Positions 6,638 through 15,893 of a stretch of 33,205 nucleotides of DNA are shown in pieces; the first letter of the stretch is position 1, and each line of letters begins with the position of its first letter. A model generated the notes under the pieces. The model made no database searches. It worked only from the letters and a program-made list of their open reading frames with translations, and had not been told where the DNA came from. The stretch lies in the NCBI GenBank assembly GCA_041915005.1, contig JAYSCF010000001.1, positions 1 to 33,205 on the forward strand. The letters run 5' to 3'. The position numbers were made by a program, and so were the translations under genes. Origin of the DNA: Novosphingobium sp. Its GTDB lineage: Bacteria; Pseudomonadota; Alphaproteobacteria; Sphingomonadales; Sphingomonadaceae.

Positions 6638-7504
6638 TCAGAGCTTGAACACGCGGGCCGCATTTTCGCGCAGGAATTTGGGCCACACTTCATCCTTGAA
6701 GGGCACGTTTTCCATGTCGCTCATGATCCGGTCGAGGCTGAGGCCCATCGGGAAATAGCCGGCGTAGATCACCTTTTCGGCGCCGCGCGTGTTGGCATAG
6801 TCGATGATCGCCTTGGGGTAGTGCTTGGGAGCAAAGGCGCTGGTCGAATAGTAGAGGTTCGGCCACTTGAGCATCAGCTTCACCGCCAGGGCTTCCCACG
6901 GCTCAGCGCCGTGACGCATCACGATCTTGAGGTCGGGGAAGAACCAGCAGACCTCATCCAGATGCTCGACCTTCTGGGTCTCCATCGGGATACGCGGACC
7001 GGGAATGCCGACGTTGAGCAGAATTGGAATGTCCAGTTCGACCGCGCAGGCATAGAGCGGGAACATATACTTGTGGTTGATCGCCACCTGCGGCAGCGTC
7101 CCGGCCGGGAACACGCTGATCGCCGACAGGCCGACTTCGGCATGGATCCGCTTGATCCGGCGCACTTCCTCCATCCCCTTGTTGGGATCGCAAGGCAGGT
7201 CGAAGAAGAACCGGTCGGGATAGAGGTCCTTGGCGCGGCGCGACGTCGCGTTGTCGTTCCAGCCGACCAGCGCCTTGTCGATCCCGTGCTTGTCCATCTG
7301 CTCGACGGTCCATTTCACGTAGTCGTCGGCATGGCCGGTTTGCGGCACGTCCTTGAACATATACTGCGCCGGCATCGAGAATTGCTGCAGGGTCTGCTCG
7401 TCCTTGATCAGCGGACGGAATGCGGTGAACCAGTCCGAACGATCTTCCGCTTCGGGAATGCCCAGCATACAGTCGATGATCTTGATGTCCTTGGGCACGC
7501 CCAT
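6638..7504 (-). CDS. Amidohydrolase_2 family protein
   Basis: YPDRF, YMFPLYACAVELDIPILLNVG, FPDLKIVMRHG, NLYYSTSA, LRENAARVFKL. Start at ATG 7504, next to the upstream stop. Confidence 0.88.
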   Translation of the reverse strand: MGVPKDIKIIDCMLGIPEAEDRSDWFTAFRPLIKDEQTLQQFSMPAQYMFKDVPQTGHADDYVKWTVEQMDKHGIDKALVGWNDNATSRRAKDLYPDRFFFDLPCDPNKGMEEVRRIKRIHAEVGLSAISVFPAGTLPQVAINHKYMFPLYACAVELDIPILLNVGIPGPRIPMETQKVEHLDEVCWFFPDLKIVMRHGAEPWEALAVKLMLKWPNLYYSTSAFAPKHYPKAIIDYANTRGAEKVIYAGYFPMGLSLDRIMSDMENVPFKDEVWPKFLRENAARVFKL

Positions 7505-7505
7505 G

Positions 7506-9173
7506 TCACTTGTCTCCGGATAGCGTTGACCAGGCGGCACGCAGCGCCACCTTGTTGATTTTTCCCACGTCGTTGCGCGGCAGCGGCTGCGGGACGAACA
7601 ACACCCGGCCCGGCGCCTTGTAACGCGCCAGCCGTTCGCCCACCCAGTCCTTGACCCCAGTCTCGTCCAGCCCCTGGCCGACCACGATGGCCACCAGCAG
7701 TTCACCCAGCCGCTCGTCAGGGATGCCAAAGGCGGCGCATTCGACCACGCCGGGCATTTCGCCCATGGTCCGCTCGACCTCGGCACAATAGATGTTCTCG
7801 CCGCCGGAAATGACCATGTCCTTGACCCGGTCAACGATGAACACATAGCCTTCCGGATCGACATAGCCGACATCGCCGGTGCGCAGCCAGCCATCGGCGG
7901 TAAAGGCCGCGGCGGTTTCCTCGGGCCGGTTCCAGTAGCCCTGCATGACCATGGCTCCGCGCACCTGGATCTCGCCGCTTTCGCCCGGCTTGGTCATCGC
8001 GCCATCAGGCGAAACCGTGCGGACATCGGCCAGTTGCAAAACGCGTCCGGCCGAAGCCCGGTTGCGAATGAAATCTTCGCCAACGGCTTGCGCAATCGCA
8101 CCCGAACATTCGGTCATGCCATAGCCCGTCCCCATCACGGCCTGCGGACAGGCGCTGCGGATCTCGTCGAGCAGGTTGACCGGAAGGGCCTGCCCCCCCG
8201 ATGCCACGTTGCGCAGCGAGGATATGTCTGCCGTACCCAGCTTGGCCTTGTGCAGCATATCCCAAAGCATGGTGGGCACGGCCGAAAACTGGGTAATCTG
8301 CTCATGCGCGATCAGGCGAATTGCCTCGGCAGCATCCCAGCGCCGCATGATCACCACCTTCGATCCCGCGAACAACGGCGAAAGGAACGCCGACCCCAGT
8401 CCCGAAACGTGAAACAGCGGATAGACGAGCAAGGCGGCCTGCTGTGGCAGGTTCGCCAGGATCGTATCGACCGCGATGCCGTGATCCCGCGCCATGTTGT
8501 GCAGCACCATCACCCCGGTCAACTGGGTGGCCATCAGCCCGGTGATCAGGCTGCGATGGGTCAGCACAGCACCCTTGACCCGCCCGGTAGTGCCGGAGGT
8601 GAACAAGATCGCACAGGGATCTTCGGGCCGGGCCACGCCCGGATCGGGCTGTACCTCGTGCGCGCGGCGATCGATCTCCTGATCTGCGAACGGGCGGGTC
8701 AGGTCGAGCATCCGCCCGGAAAAGCCGCCTTCGCGGATCAAGGCGGCGCGCTGGCTGTCGGCCAGGACCAGCGTCGGGGTCACGTCGTCGAGCATGGCGA
8801 CCAGCTCGGCCGGCGAGCCTCGACTGTTAAGCAGCGCGGCCACGCCGCCCGCCTTCATGACCGCCAGGAAGGCAACCATCCATTCGGCGCGGTTGCGCAT
8901 ACAGATCGCCACGCGGTCGCCGCGCGCGATATGCAGCATCGGCACCAACTGGTCACGCCAGGCAAAGACCTGTTCGAACGACAACCGCCGTTCTTCGCCG
9001 CTGGACGAAAAATCGACCAGGAAGGTCTTGTCGCCGTGCCGCCGGGCAGATTCGATCATCAGGTTGAGATCGGATGCCGCGTTGACGAACTGGCGCAGCC
9101 CATCGCGCTCGGCAATCTCAAACGGCGTGCCGGGTGCCGTAACGGCAGCGAAAACGGGATCGATCTGGCTCAT
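7506..9173 (-). CDS. AMP-binding acyl-CoA ligase (long-chain or steroid acid candidate)
   Basis: FTSGTTGRVKG, GYGMTE, WLRTGDVG, DRVKDMVISGGENIY. ATGA overlap with the upstream gene. Confidence 0.93.
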   Translation of the reverse strand: MSQIDPVFAAVTAPGTPFEIAERDGLRQFVNAASDLNLMIESARRHGDKTFLVDFSSSGEERRLSFEQVFAWRDQLVPMLHIARGDRVAICMRNRAEWMVAFLAVMKAGGVAALLNSRGSPAELVAMLDDVTPTLVLADSQRAALIREGGFSGRMLDLTRPFADQEIDRRAHEVQPDPGVARPEDPCAILFTSGTTGRVKGAVLTHRSLITGLMATQLTGVMVLHNMARDHGIAVDTILANLPQQAALLVYPLFHVSGLGSAFLSPLFAGSKVVIMRRWDAAEAIRLIAHEQITQFSAVPTMLWDMLHKAKLGTADISSLRNVASGGQALPVNLLDEIRSACPQAVMGTGYGMTECSGAIAQAVGEDFIRNRASAGRVLQLADVRTVSPDGAMTKPGESGEIQVRGAMVMQGYWNRPEETAAAFTADGWLRTGDVGYVDPEGYVFIVDRVKDMVISGGENIYCAEVERTMGEMPGVVECAAFGIPDERLGELLVAIVVGQGLDETGVKDWVGERLARYKAPGRVLFVPQPLPRNDVGKINKVALRAAWSTLSGDK

Positions 9174-10762
9174 TGCGCGCGCCCCGCCACGTCCTTGGCC
9201 CAGCGATAGTCCTGCTTGCCTGCCGGAGACCGCCGAACCGCATCGACCCATACCAGCGCCTTGGGCACCTTGTAGCCCGCCAGCCGATCCGCCAAGAACG
9301 TGCGAACCTCGCCCAGATCGGGCTGCGCCGCGCCCTGGCGCAGCGAAACGATGCCAATCACGCGCTCACCCCAGCGATCGTCTTTCTGGCCCGCCACCAC
9401 CGCGTCGAACACCGCCGGATGGGCCCTCAGGGCTTCCTCGACCTCTTCCGGAAAGACCTTCTCGCCGCCGGTGTTAATGCAGGTCGATCCGCGCCCGAAC
9501 ATGGTGATCATACCATCATCATCGAGCCGCCCGGCATCGCCCGACACGGCCCACAACCGCCCGCCAATCATGCGGAAGGTTTCCGCCGTCTTCACCGGAT
9601 CGCCAAAGTAGCCCACCGGGGTGTGGCCCGATCGCGCAATCAGCCCGGTTTCCCCCACCCGCGCCAGGCGATCATCAACCACGACCTGCTGGGCATCGCT
9701 GACCGGCAGGCGCATGACCCCGTCGCTGCTGGCCGAGGCCTGGCCAGAAATTCCGGTTTCGGACGAACCCATCCCGTCGCTGACATTGCAGCTATCGGGC
9801 AGATGCGCACGGATATCGTCTTTCACGTGGGCAGAGAACACCGCCCCACCCGAACCGAAGTTGACCAGGGCAGCAAGATTCCAGCGCCCCGGATTGGCGT
9901 TCAGTGCATCACGGATCGGGATCGCCATGGCATCGCCCACAATCTGAACAATATTGACGCCCAGCCGCTCGATCTTGTCGAGCACGGCCACCGGATCATA
10001 GCTGCGCGCTTCGTCCAGCACGATCGTCACCCCGTTGAGCAGGCCCGACCAGGTTGCCCAGATCGCCGCCGCGTGCATCAGTGGGGCGAGCGGAAACATC
10101 TTGAGCGGATAGCCCTGGGCCGCGCGCTCGGCGATGCCCTCGGGCCGGTCGAGCGGTCCAAGCGGGTTGAAATAGCCCGCCCCGCCCGCGCAGGCGAACA
10201 GAAAGGCCTTGTGCGGCCACATCACGCCCTTGGGCATGCCGGTGGTGCCGCCAGTATAGGTCAGGATGATATCATCTTCATGTCGCTCATAAGGCCCGGC
10301 AGGCAGCGTCGCGACCAGATCCTCAAAGGCGAGCGAGCCCGAAATGTCGCTGTCACTGCCGTCAGCCACCGCGACCGCCAGCTTGAGTGCGGGCAGGTCT
10401 GCTCGCAGCGAGCGGACAATGTCGCTGAACTCCGCGCCATGGAAGATCGCGGTCGCCCCGGCGTTGTCGAACAGATAGCGCAGTTCCTCGGCGCGATAGC
10501 GGTAATTCACGTTGAACGGCACCGCCCCCAGCTTGATCGTGGCGATCAGGGCTTCGAGATGCTCGGCGCTGTTCATCAGGTAAAGGCCAACGCTGTCCCC
10601 ACGCTTGACCCCTTGCGCGGCCAGCCCGGCAGCCAGCCCTTCGGTCCGCTGGTTGAGCTGGGCGTAAGTGTCGATGCGGGAATCCGAGATCACCGCGATC
10701 CGGTCGGGCACGGTCGCCGCGACGGTTTCGAACAGATCGGCAAGGTGGAACTGGCTGGCCAT
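9170..10762 (-). CDS. Acyl-CoA synthetase, FadD19-like (steroid side-chain CoA ligase candidate)
   Basis: YTGGTTGMPKGVMW, GRGSTCINTGGEKVFPEEVEEAL, RSPAGKQDY are typical of the FadD19 group. Start at ATG 10762. Confidence 0.9.
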   Translation of the reverse strand: MASQFHLADLFETVAATVPDRIAVISDSRIDTYAQLNQRTEGLAAGLAAQGVKRGDSVGLYLMNSAEHLEALIATIKLGAVPFNVNYRYRAEELRYLFDNAGATAIFHGAEFSDIVRSLRADLPALKLAVAVADGSDSDISGSLAFEDLVATLPAGPYERHEDDIILTYTGGTTGMPKGVMWPHKAFLFACAGGAGYFNPLGPLDRPEGIAERAAQGYPLKMFPLAPLMHAAAIWATWSGLLNGVTIVLDEARSYDPVAVLDKIERLGVNIVQIVGDAMAIPIRDALNANPGRWNLAALVNFGSGGAVFSAHVKDDIRAHLPDSCNVSDGMGSSETGISGQASASSDGVMRLPVSDAQQVVVDDRLARVGETGLIARSGHTPVGYFGDPVKTAETFRMIGGRLWAVSGDAGRLDDDGMITMFGRGSTCINTGGEKVFPEEVEEALRAHPAVFDAVVAGQKDDRWGERVIGIVSLRQGAAQPDLGEVRTFLADRLAGYKVPKALVWVDAVRRSPAGKQDYRWAKDVAGRAQ

Positions 10763-10763
10763 G

Positions 10764-11633
10764 TCAGTACACCGCCGCCGGGTTCTTGGGGCGGGGGCTG
10801 CCCAGCATCTCGCGGTAGGACGGGCGCACATTGCCACGATCCGTGACCCCCAGCTCGGCAGCGATTTCCGCCCCGACCAGGGTCTGGCCGGAAAGATCGT
10901 CCCGATTGGGCGCCTTGTCGATCGCATCGATGATGTGGGCGGTGAATTCCGGATTCTCGGCGGTTTCAATGAAACCTTCGTACTGCTCCGGATTGGTTTC
11001 GCGCGCGATCAGCGAACGCTCGGTAACCAGCGGCCCCATCCAGATCGAGACCGCGACCACGCCCGTGCCGCGCAGGTCATGCTCCATGTCGTGGGCGAAC
11101 TTGTCCACTCCAGCTTTCTGCGCGCCATAGGCCGGGCCGTGCATATAGCACGAACCACCGAACGAGGAACCAAAGGCGATCGTTCCGCCACCCTGCTTGA
11201 CCATCATCCGCGCCGCGTACCAGCTGGCAACATAGGCCGAACGCAGCCCGACATCGAGGATGGTGACCGCCGCCAGATCCTTTTCCCAGAACGGCTTCTT
11301 TTCGATCAGTTGATGGTGAATGTAGGTCGCATTGTTGACAAGGACATCAAGTCGGCCTTGTTCCCGCTCAATCTGCGCAAACAGGGCGGCGACCTGCGCG
11401 TCATCCGAATGATCGCACATCACGGCAATGCCCTTGCCTCCGGCAGCCGTGACTTCGGCCGCCGTTTCCGCGACCGTGCCTGGCAGAACCGAGCCATCCC
11501 AGCCCTTGGCATCACCTGGCGAAACCGTGCGCCCGGTAACGTAGACGGTATATCCCAGCTCTCCAAAGCCGCGCGCGATACCGCGCCCTGCCCCCCTGCT
11601 CGCTCCAGTTACGAGCGCGACCTTTGCCGCCAC
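10764..11633 (-). CDS. Short-chain dehydrogenase/reductase (DHRS1-like)
   Basis: VTGASRGAGRGIA, VTGRT, LVNNA, YGAQK. Likely GTG 11633 after GGGAG; ATG 11660 is an alternative. Confidence 0.9.
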   Translation of the reverse strand: MAAKVALVTGASRGAGRGIARGFGELGYTVYVTGRTVSPGDAKGWDGSVLPGTVAETAAEVTAAGGKGIAVMCDHSDDAQVAALFAQIEREQGRLDVLVNNATYIHHQLIEKKPFWEKDLAAVTILDVGLRSAYVASWYAARMMVKQGGGTIAFGSSFGGSCYMHGPAYGAQKAGVDKFAHDMEHDLRGTGVVAVSIWMGPLVTERSLIARETNPEQYEGFIETAENPEFTAHIIDAIDKAPNRDDLSGQTLVGAEIAAELGVTDRGNVRPSYREMLGSPRPKNPAAVY

Positions 11634-11676
11634 GACTTCATCTCCCTCGATTCGACGCATTAGCGCGCTTATTTTT

Positions 11677-11704
11677 AGGATAATCGATGTTTTGCGAATT
11701 ACAA
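11677..11704 (-). promoter_or_regulatory. Putative internal promoter TTGTAA-N16-TATCCT for the SDR-ligase-ligase-amidohydrolase-Rieske-amidase unit
   Basis: Reverse complement of ttacaa 11699-11704 and aggata 11677-11682, in an AT-rich gap. Confidence 0.4.
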
Positions 11705-11722
11705 ACATCAATTATCTACGCA
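11693..11722. promoter_or_regulatory. 30-bp operator-like motif, copy 3
   Basis: TGCGAAT-tacaaacatcaattat-CTACGCA (N16). Confidence 0.65.
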
Positions 11723-11773
11723 TTCGTCGCCGCGCCACGCCATGCGCCCACCCATCGCGCAGTGCCGCACTCC

Positions 11774-12475
11774 TCAAAAAGTGTACTGACCGGTGGGGAT
11801 CACGTCGATAGTCCCCTGATCGATGAACCAGCCGCAGCTTTCCATCATGCGATCGACATGGGCCTTGAGCTTCGCGGGATCACCTGCGGCATCGAAGAAA
11901 ACCGCAGGATCATCGAGCGCAGCCTCGGGGAAGCACTCCTCGACAATCGCCGCATAGGGCGGCGCATCCGCCGTCAGCGGCCGCACCACCAAGTTCTGGA
12001 CATATTCGAAATTCGCCTGCGTATCGATTGCCACCTGGGTATGGTCACCCTGCCAGCGCGCCAACCAATCTGCATGAAACATACCATCCGGAATTGTCAG
12101 AAAGGCCATTTGAGCCCAGCCGGATGTGCGCTGGCCAGGGATGGCAGGATGGGCAACGTTGGAGATGATGGTGGACTCAGCCACGACCCAACCGGCCCAC
12201 CTCGCCGACAGCCCCGTCAACGCCGCATCTATGACCGCGCGGAACGAGACGTGGGCCGAAGGCAGCCAGAATTGCACCACCGCATCGTGCTGAGGCGCAC
12301 CACGCGTCTGACGCAAATGCGCGCCCCGCGCCGACACCTCGTCCTCAAGGTTGACGCGGATGCACCGCCCTCCGGCCGAATTCAGCACCGGCGGCAAGTC
12401 TCGCAAAAGGCGCGCATTGAAGCTGGCAGGGTCTTCATCATCGCGGCGCCACAGCAGGCAGATAATCTTTTCCAT
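11774..12475 (-). CDS. EthD domain-containing protein (apparently two tandem alpha+beta barrel-type halves)
   Basis: KIICLLWRR...HDAVVQFW in the first half; WLARWQGDH...YVQNLV...YAAIVEECF in the second. RBS GAGG before ATG 12475. Confidence 0.75.
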   Translation of the reverse strand: MEKIICLLWRRDDEDPASFNARLLRDLPPVLNSAGGRCIRVNLEDEVSARGAHLRQTRGAPQHDAVVQFWLPSAHVSFRAVIDAALTGLSARWAGWVVAESTIISNVAHPAIPGQRTSGWAQMAFLTIPDGMFHADWLARWQGDHTQVAIDTQANFEYVQNLVVRPLTADAPPYAAIVEECFPEAALDDPAVFFDAAGDPAKLKAHVDRMMESCGWFIDQGTIDVIPTGQYTF

Positions 12476-12485
12476 TTCGGACGCC

Positions 12486-13247
12486 TCAGTCGAAGTTGGC
12501 CTGACCGCCATCAAGCGGGATGGTCGCGCCCGTGAGGTAGCCCATGTCGGGCCCGCACAGCGCGGCCACGGCGCGGCCGATGTCCTCTTCCAACTGGCCG
12601 ATCCGCCCCAGCGGAATGGTGCGGAAGAAGGCTTCCGCTTCTTCCGGGTTGTTGGAGATCCACCATTTCAACCCCGGACTTTCGGCATGGGGTGCGATGG
12701 TCAGCACGCGAATTCCCGCACGCCCCCATTCCGCCGCCCCCGCGCGGGTCAGCGCGCGCACCGCCTGCTTGACGGCGGCATAAGCGCCGTAACCGGTCAT
12801 GTCCCAGCGGATTCCGGCGGAGGAGGCGAGGTTTACAATCACCCCGCCGCCGCGCGCCACCATGTGCGGGTGCGCCAGCTTCATCAGCCGGAACGTGGCC
12901 AGCGGCCCGGATTCAAACCCGGCCATGAACGCCGCGTCACTCACGTCGAGCAGCTTGCCATTGGGCACTTCCTGCGCATTGTTAACTAGGATATCGAGCC
13001 CGCCCAGCCCGGCCACCGCAGAATCGACCATCGCCGCCAGGCTGGCCGGGTCCTTGACGTTGCCCGCCACAGCCAGCGCCGTACCGCCACGCTCGGCAAT
13101 CAGGGTGCAGGTTGCCTCCAGCTTGGCCAGGGTCCGCCCGGTTACCGCCACGGCTGCGCCCGCCGCGGCCAAAGCCAGTGCAATTCCCTGCCCCACGCCT
13201 TGCCCTGCGCCGGTAACCAGTGCCACTTTACCCGAAAGATTGCTCAT
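12486..13247 (-). CDS. Short-chain dehydrogenase/reductase
   Basis: VTGAGQGVG, VTGRT, LVNNA, YAAVK. Confidence 0.93.
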   Translation of the reverse strand: MSNLSGKVALVTGAGQGVGQGIALALAAAGAAVAVTGRTLAKLEATCTLIAERGGTALAVAGNVKDPASLAAMVDSAVAGLGGLDILVNNAQEVPNGKLLDVSDAAFMAGFESGPLATFRLMKLAHPHMVARGGGVIVNLASSAGIRWDMTGYGAYAAVKQAVRALTRAGAAEWGRAGIRVLTIAPHAESPGLKWWISNNPEEAEAFFRTIPLGRIGQLEEDIGRAVAALCGPDMGYLTGATIPLDGGQANFD

Positions 13248-13268
13248 TAAGCCTCGCTACTACGCAGA

Positions 13269-13298
13269 TTCGTAATTTATGGATTTATGAATTACGCA
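13269..13298. promoter_or_regulatory. 30-bp operator-like motif, copy 4
   Basis: TTCGTAA-tttatggatttatgaa-TTACGCA (N16). An extra half-site CTACGCA lies at 13260-13266 and TTGACA at 13304-13309. Confidence 0.7.
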
Positions 13299-13389
13299 TT
13301 AGGTTGACAGAAACCCCAACACTACGTCAATTGCGTTTCGATTCCAGCCGCACAGCGCGGCGAAACGTCAACAACAGTCAGGAGAGGCC

Positions 13390-14163
13390 ATGAGCCAGGA
13401 TCTTAGCGGACAGGTTGCCATCGTCACCGGCGGCAGCGATGGCATCGGGCTTGCCACGGCGGCGCTGCTGGCACGGCGCGGGGCGCAGGTCGTAATCTGC
13501 GGTCGCCGCCAGGAAATGCTTGATTCCGCCAAGGCGCAGATCGAAGCCGAAGGCGGCAAGGCCGAAGCCGTGCAGCTTGACGTGACCGATTTCGACGCCT
13601 TCGCCGCATTGATCAACGATGTCGCCGCGCGCCACGGGCGGCTCGATATGCTGGTCAACAATGCGATGTCGACCCACTACGCCCCGATCAGCCGCCTGAC
13701 GCTGGACCACTGGCGCAAGGATTTCGCGGTCAATGCCGATGCCGTGTTCATCGGCACCAAGGCGGCGATGGCGATCATGGGCAAGCAGGGCAAGGGCTCG
13801 ATCGTCAACATCTCGTCCACCACGGCGATCCGCGCCATGCCCAACTATTCCAGCTATTCGGCCTCGAAGGCCGCGCTGATCCAGTTCACGGCCGTGGCCG
13901 CGATGGAAGGCGCCCCGCTGGGCGTGCGCGTCAATGCAATCGTGCCCGGCCAGGTCAACACTGCCGCCACGCTCGATTTTGCGGAAAAGGCCCCGGAACT
14001 CGCCGCCAAGACCGCCGGGGCGATCCCGCTGGGGCGCGGCGGCAAGCCCGATGAACTGGCCGAAGCGATCGTCTTCATGCTGTCGGACGCGGCCAGCTAT
14101 ATCACCGGGGTGGCGCTGCCGGTCGATGGCGGCAAGTCGGCCCAACTCTATATTCCATCGTAA
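13390..14163 (+). CDS. Short-chain dehydrogenase/reductase
   Basis: VTGGSDGIG, CGRR, LVNNA, YSASK; RBS GGAGAGG. Confidence 0.93.
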   Translation: MSQDLSGQVAIVTGGSDGIGLATAALLARRGAQVVICGRRQEMLDSAKAQIEAEGGKAEAVQLDVTDFDAFAALINDVAARHGRLDMLVNNAMSTHYAPISRLTLDHWRKDFAVNADAVFIGTKAAMAIMGKQGKGSIVNISSTTAIRAMPNYSSYSASKAALIQFTAVAAMEGAPLGVRVNAIVPGQVNTAATLDFAEKAPELAAKTAGAIPLGRGGKPDELAEAIVFMLSDAASYITGVALPVDGGKSAQLYIPS

Positions 14164-14198
14164 ACCGCAGCGCGGCCAGGACAACGAGGGGCAAGCCG

Positions 14199-15893
14199 AT
14201 GAGCATGGCATGGGATAAGGAAGTCGATGTCCTGGTGGTCGGATCGGGCGCGGGCGGTATGCTCTCGGCGCTGGTCGCGGCAAAGAACCATGCCGACGTG
14301 CTGATCGTCGAGAAGGAAGCCCTGTGGGGCGGCACTTCGGCCACGTCGGGGGCAGGGATCTGGATCCCGGCCAGCGACCAGGCCGCCGCCGCCGGCTTCC
14401 ACGACAATGTCGATGATGCCTTCACCTATGTCCGCGCGCTGTCGGCCGACAATGTGCCGGACGAGAACATCCGCGCTTTCGTGACCAATGCCGCCAAGAT
14501 GCTGCGCTGGATGGGCCAGAACACCGAAATCGAATACCACGCCTTTCCCTATCCCGATTACCATGCCGAAAACCCCGGCGGCTCGCCCACCGGCTTCCGC
14601 ACGCATATGCCGCTGCCGCTGGACGGCAAGCGACTGGGCAAGGATGTGCGCAGCCTGCGCTTTGCCTCGCCCGCGGCATCGCTGTTCGGCTATCTCAACT
14701 GGCATTTTGACGAGACCTACCTGCTGCTGTTCCGCGCACCGGGCTGGATGCTACACCTGGCCAAAAGCCTGGCGCGCTACTGGCTTGACTGGCCGTTCCG
14801 CTTCACCTCGCGCAAGGACCGCCGCCTGACCCTGGGCAATGCCCTGGCGGGCGGCCTGCGGCTGGCACTCAACGAACAGAACGTGCCGCTGTGGTTAAGC
14901 AGCCCGCTGGAGGATCTGGTCCGTGAAAAGGGCAAGGTCACCGGGGCGCTGGTGCGCCACGAAGGCAAGGTCATCCGGATAAAGGCGCGCAAGGGCGTGG
15001 TTCTGGCCGCCGGGGGCTTCGACAAGAATCAGGCGATGCGCGATGCCAGTGCCCCGCTTTATCCCAGCGCACAGTATTCGGGCGGGACTGCCGGCAATAC
15101 CGGTGATACGATCCGCGCAGGCCAGACGGCCGGCGCCGAAACTTTGAATATGCAATCGGCCTGGGCCGCGCCGGTGTTCTACGTCCCGGGCGAGGATCGC
15201 GGGCGGCTGTGCACGATCGAACGCGCCCTGCCGGGCTGCATCATGGTCAACCAGTCGGGCCAACGCTATCTCAACGAAGCAGCGTCCTATCACATCGTCG
15301 GCCAGCAGATGGCCCGCCAGCAGCGCGAGCACGGGGATGCCAGCCCCAGCTGGTTCGTGTTCGATCATACCTATCGCCACAATTACCCGGTCGGCCCGCT
15401 CTATCCGCTGGTCCCCGACTGGGCGCAGAACGGCATGGTCAAGACGATCCTCAAGAAGGGCCGGACGATCGCTGAACTGGCGCAGGACATGGGGGTCGAT
15501 CCCGCCGCGCTGGAAGCCACCGTCAGCCGCTTCAACAGCTTCGCCGCCCAGGGCGAGGACCCCGATTTCCACCGGGGCGAGGCCGCCTATGACAAGATGT
15601 ACGGCGATCCGCGCGTTGCGCCCAACCCATGCCTGCGCCCGCTGGACAAGGGACCGTTCTATGCCATGCCGATCTATCCGGGCGATATCGGCACCAACGG
15701 TGGCTTGAAAACCGATCCGCTGGCCCGCGTGGTCGATGCCAAGGGCAAGCCGATCGAAGGGCTCTATGCCATCGGCAACAATGCCGCCTCGGCCATGGGC
15801 GAAAGCTATCCGGGCGCAGGCGTAACCATCGGTCCGGCCCTGACCTTCGGCTATATTGCCGCCAACCACATGACCGGGAGCAACCAGGAATGA
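14199..15893 (+). CDS. kstD: 3-ketosteroid Delta1-dehydrogenase (FAD-dependent)
   Basis: VVGSGAGG, GGTSATSGAGIWIP, YPDY, ASYH, PGDIGTNGGL and C-terminal YPGAGVTIG carry the catalytic Tyr/Gly pattern of Delta1-KSTDs. Confidence 0.88.
   Translation: MSMAWDKEVDVLVVGSGAGGMLSALVAAKNHADVLIVEKEALWGGTSATSGAGIWIPASDQAAAAGFHDNVDDAFTYVRALSADNVPDENIRAFVTNAAKMLRWMGQNTEIEYHAFPYPDYHAENPGGSPTGFRTHMPLPLDGKRLGKDVRSLRFASPAASLFGYLNWHFDETYLLLFRAPGWMLHLAKSLARYWLDWPFRFTSRKDRRLTLGNALAGGLRLALNEQNVPLWLSSPLEDLVREKGKVTGALVRHEGKVIRIKARKGVVLAAGGFDKNQAMRDASAPLYPSAQYSGGTAGNTGDTIRAGQTAGAETLNMQSAWAAPVFYVPGEDRGRLCTIERALPGCIMVNQSGQRYLNEAASYHIVGQQMARQQREHGDASPSWFVFDHTYRHNYPVGPLYPLVPDWAQNGMVKTILKKGRTIAELAQDMGVDPAALEATVSRFNSFAAQGEDPDFHRGEAAYDKMYGDPRVAPNPCLRPLDKGPFYAMPIYPGDIGTNGGLKTDPLARVVDAKGKPIEGLYAIGNNAASAMGESYPGAGVTIGPALTFGYIAANHMTGSNQE

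Noticed and set aside
7505-7894. Long N-terminal extensions of ORF-track calls (6638-7894, 9170-10969, 15629-16702, 29087-29701, 30408-31751) suggesting fusions or frameshifts
   Set aside because: They are open frames overlapping neighbouring genes or promoters. Downstream starts with an RBS or stop/start coupling explain each gene.
9173-10846. Long antisense ORFs (e.g. 9173-10846 +, 17428-19326 +, 5342-6544 +, 8034-9209 +, 24929-26125 +, 31684-32763 -)
   Set aside because: They are shadows of real genes in high-GC DNA with strong codon bias, and show no family motifs or RBS.
13304-13332. TTGACA (+) and TTGACG (-) boxes in the SDR/SDR divergent gap
   Set aside because: No convincing -10 at 16-18 bp on either strand, so they were not called as promoters.
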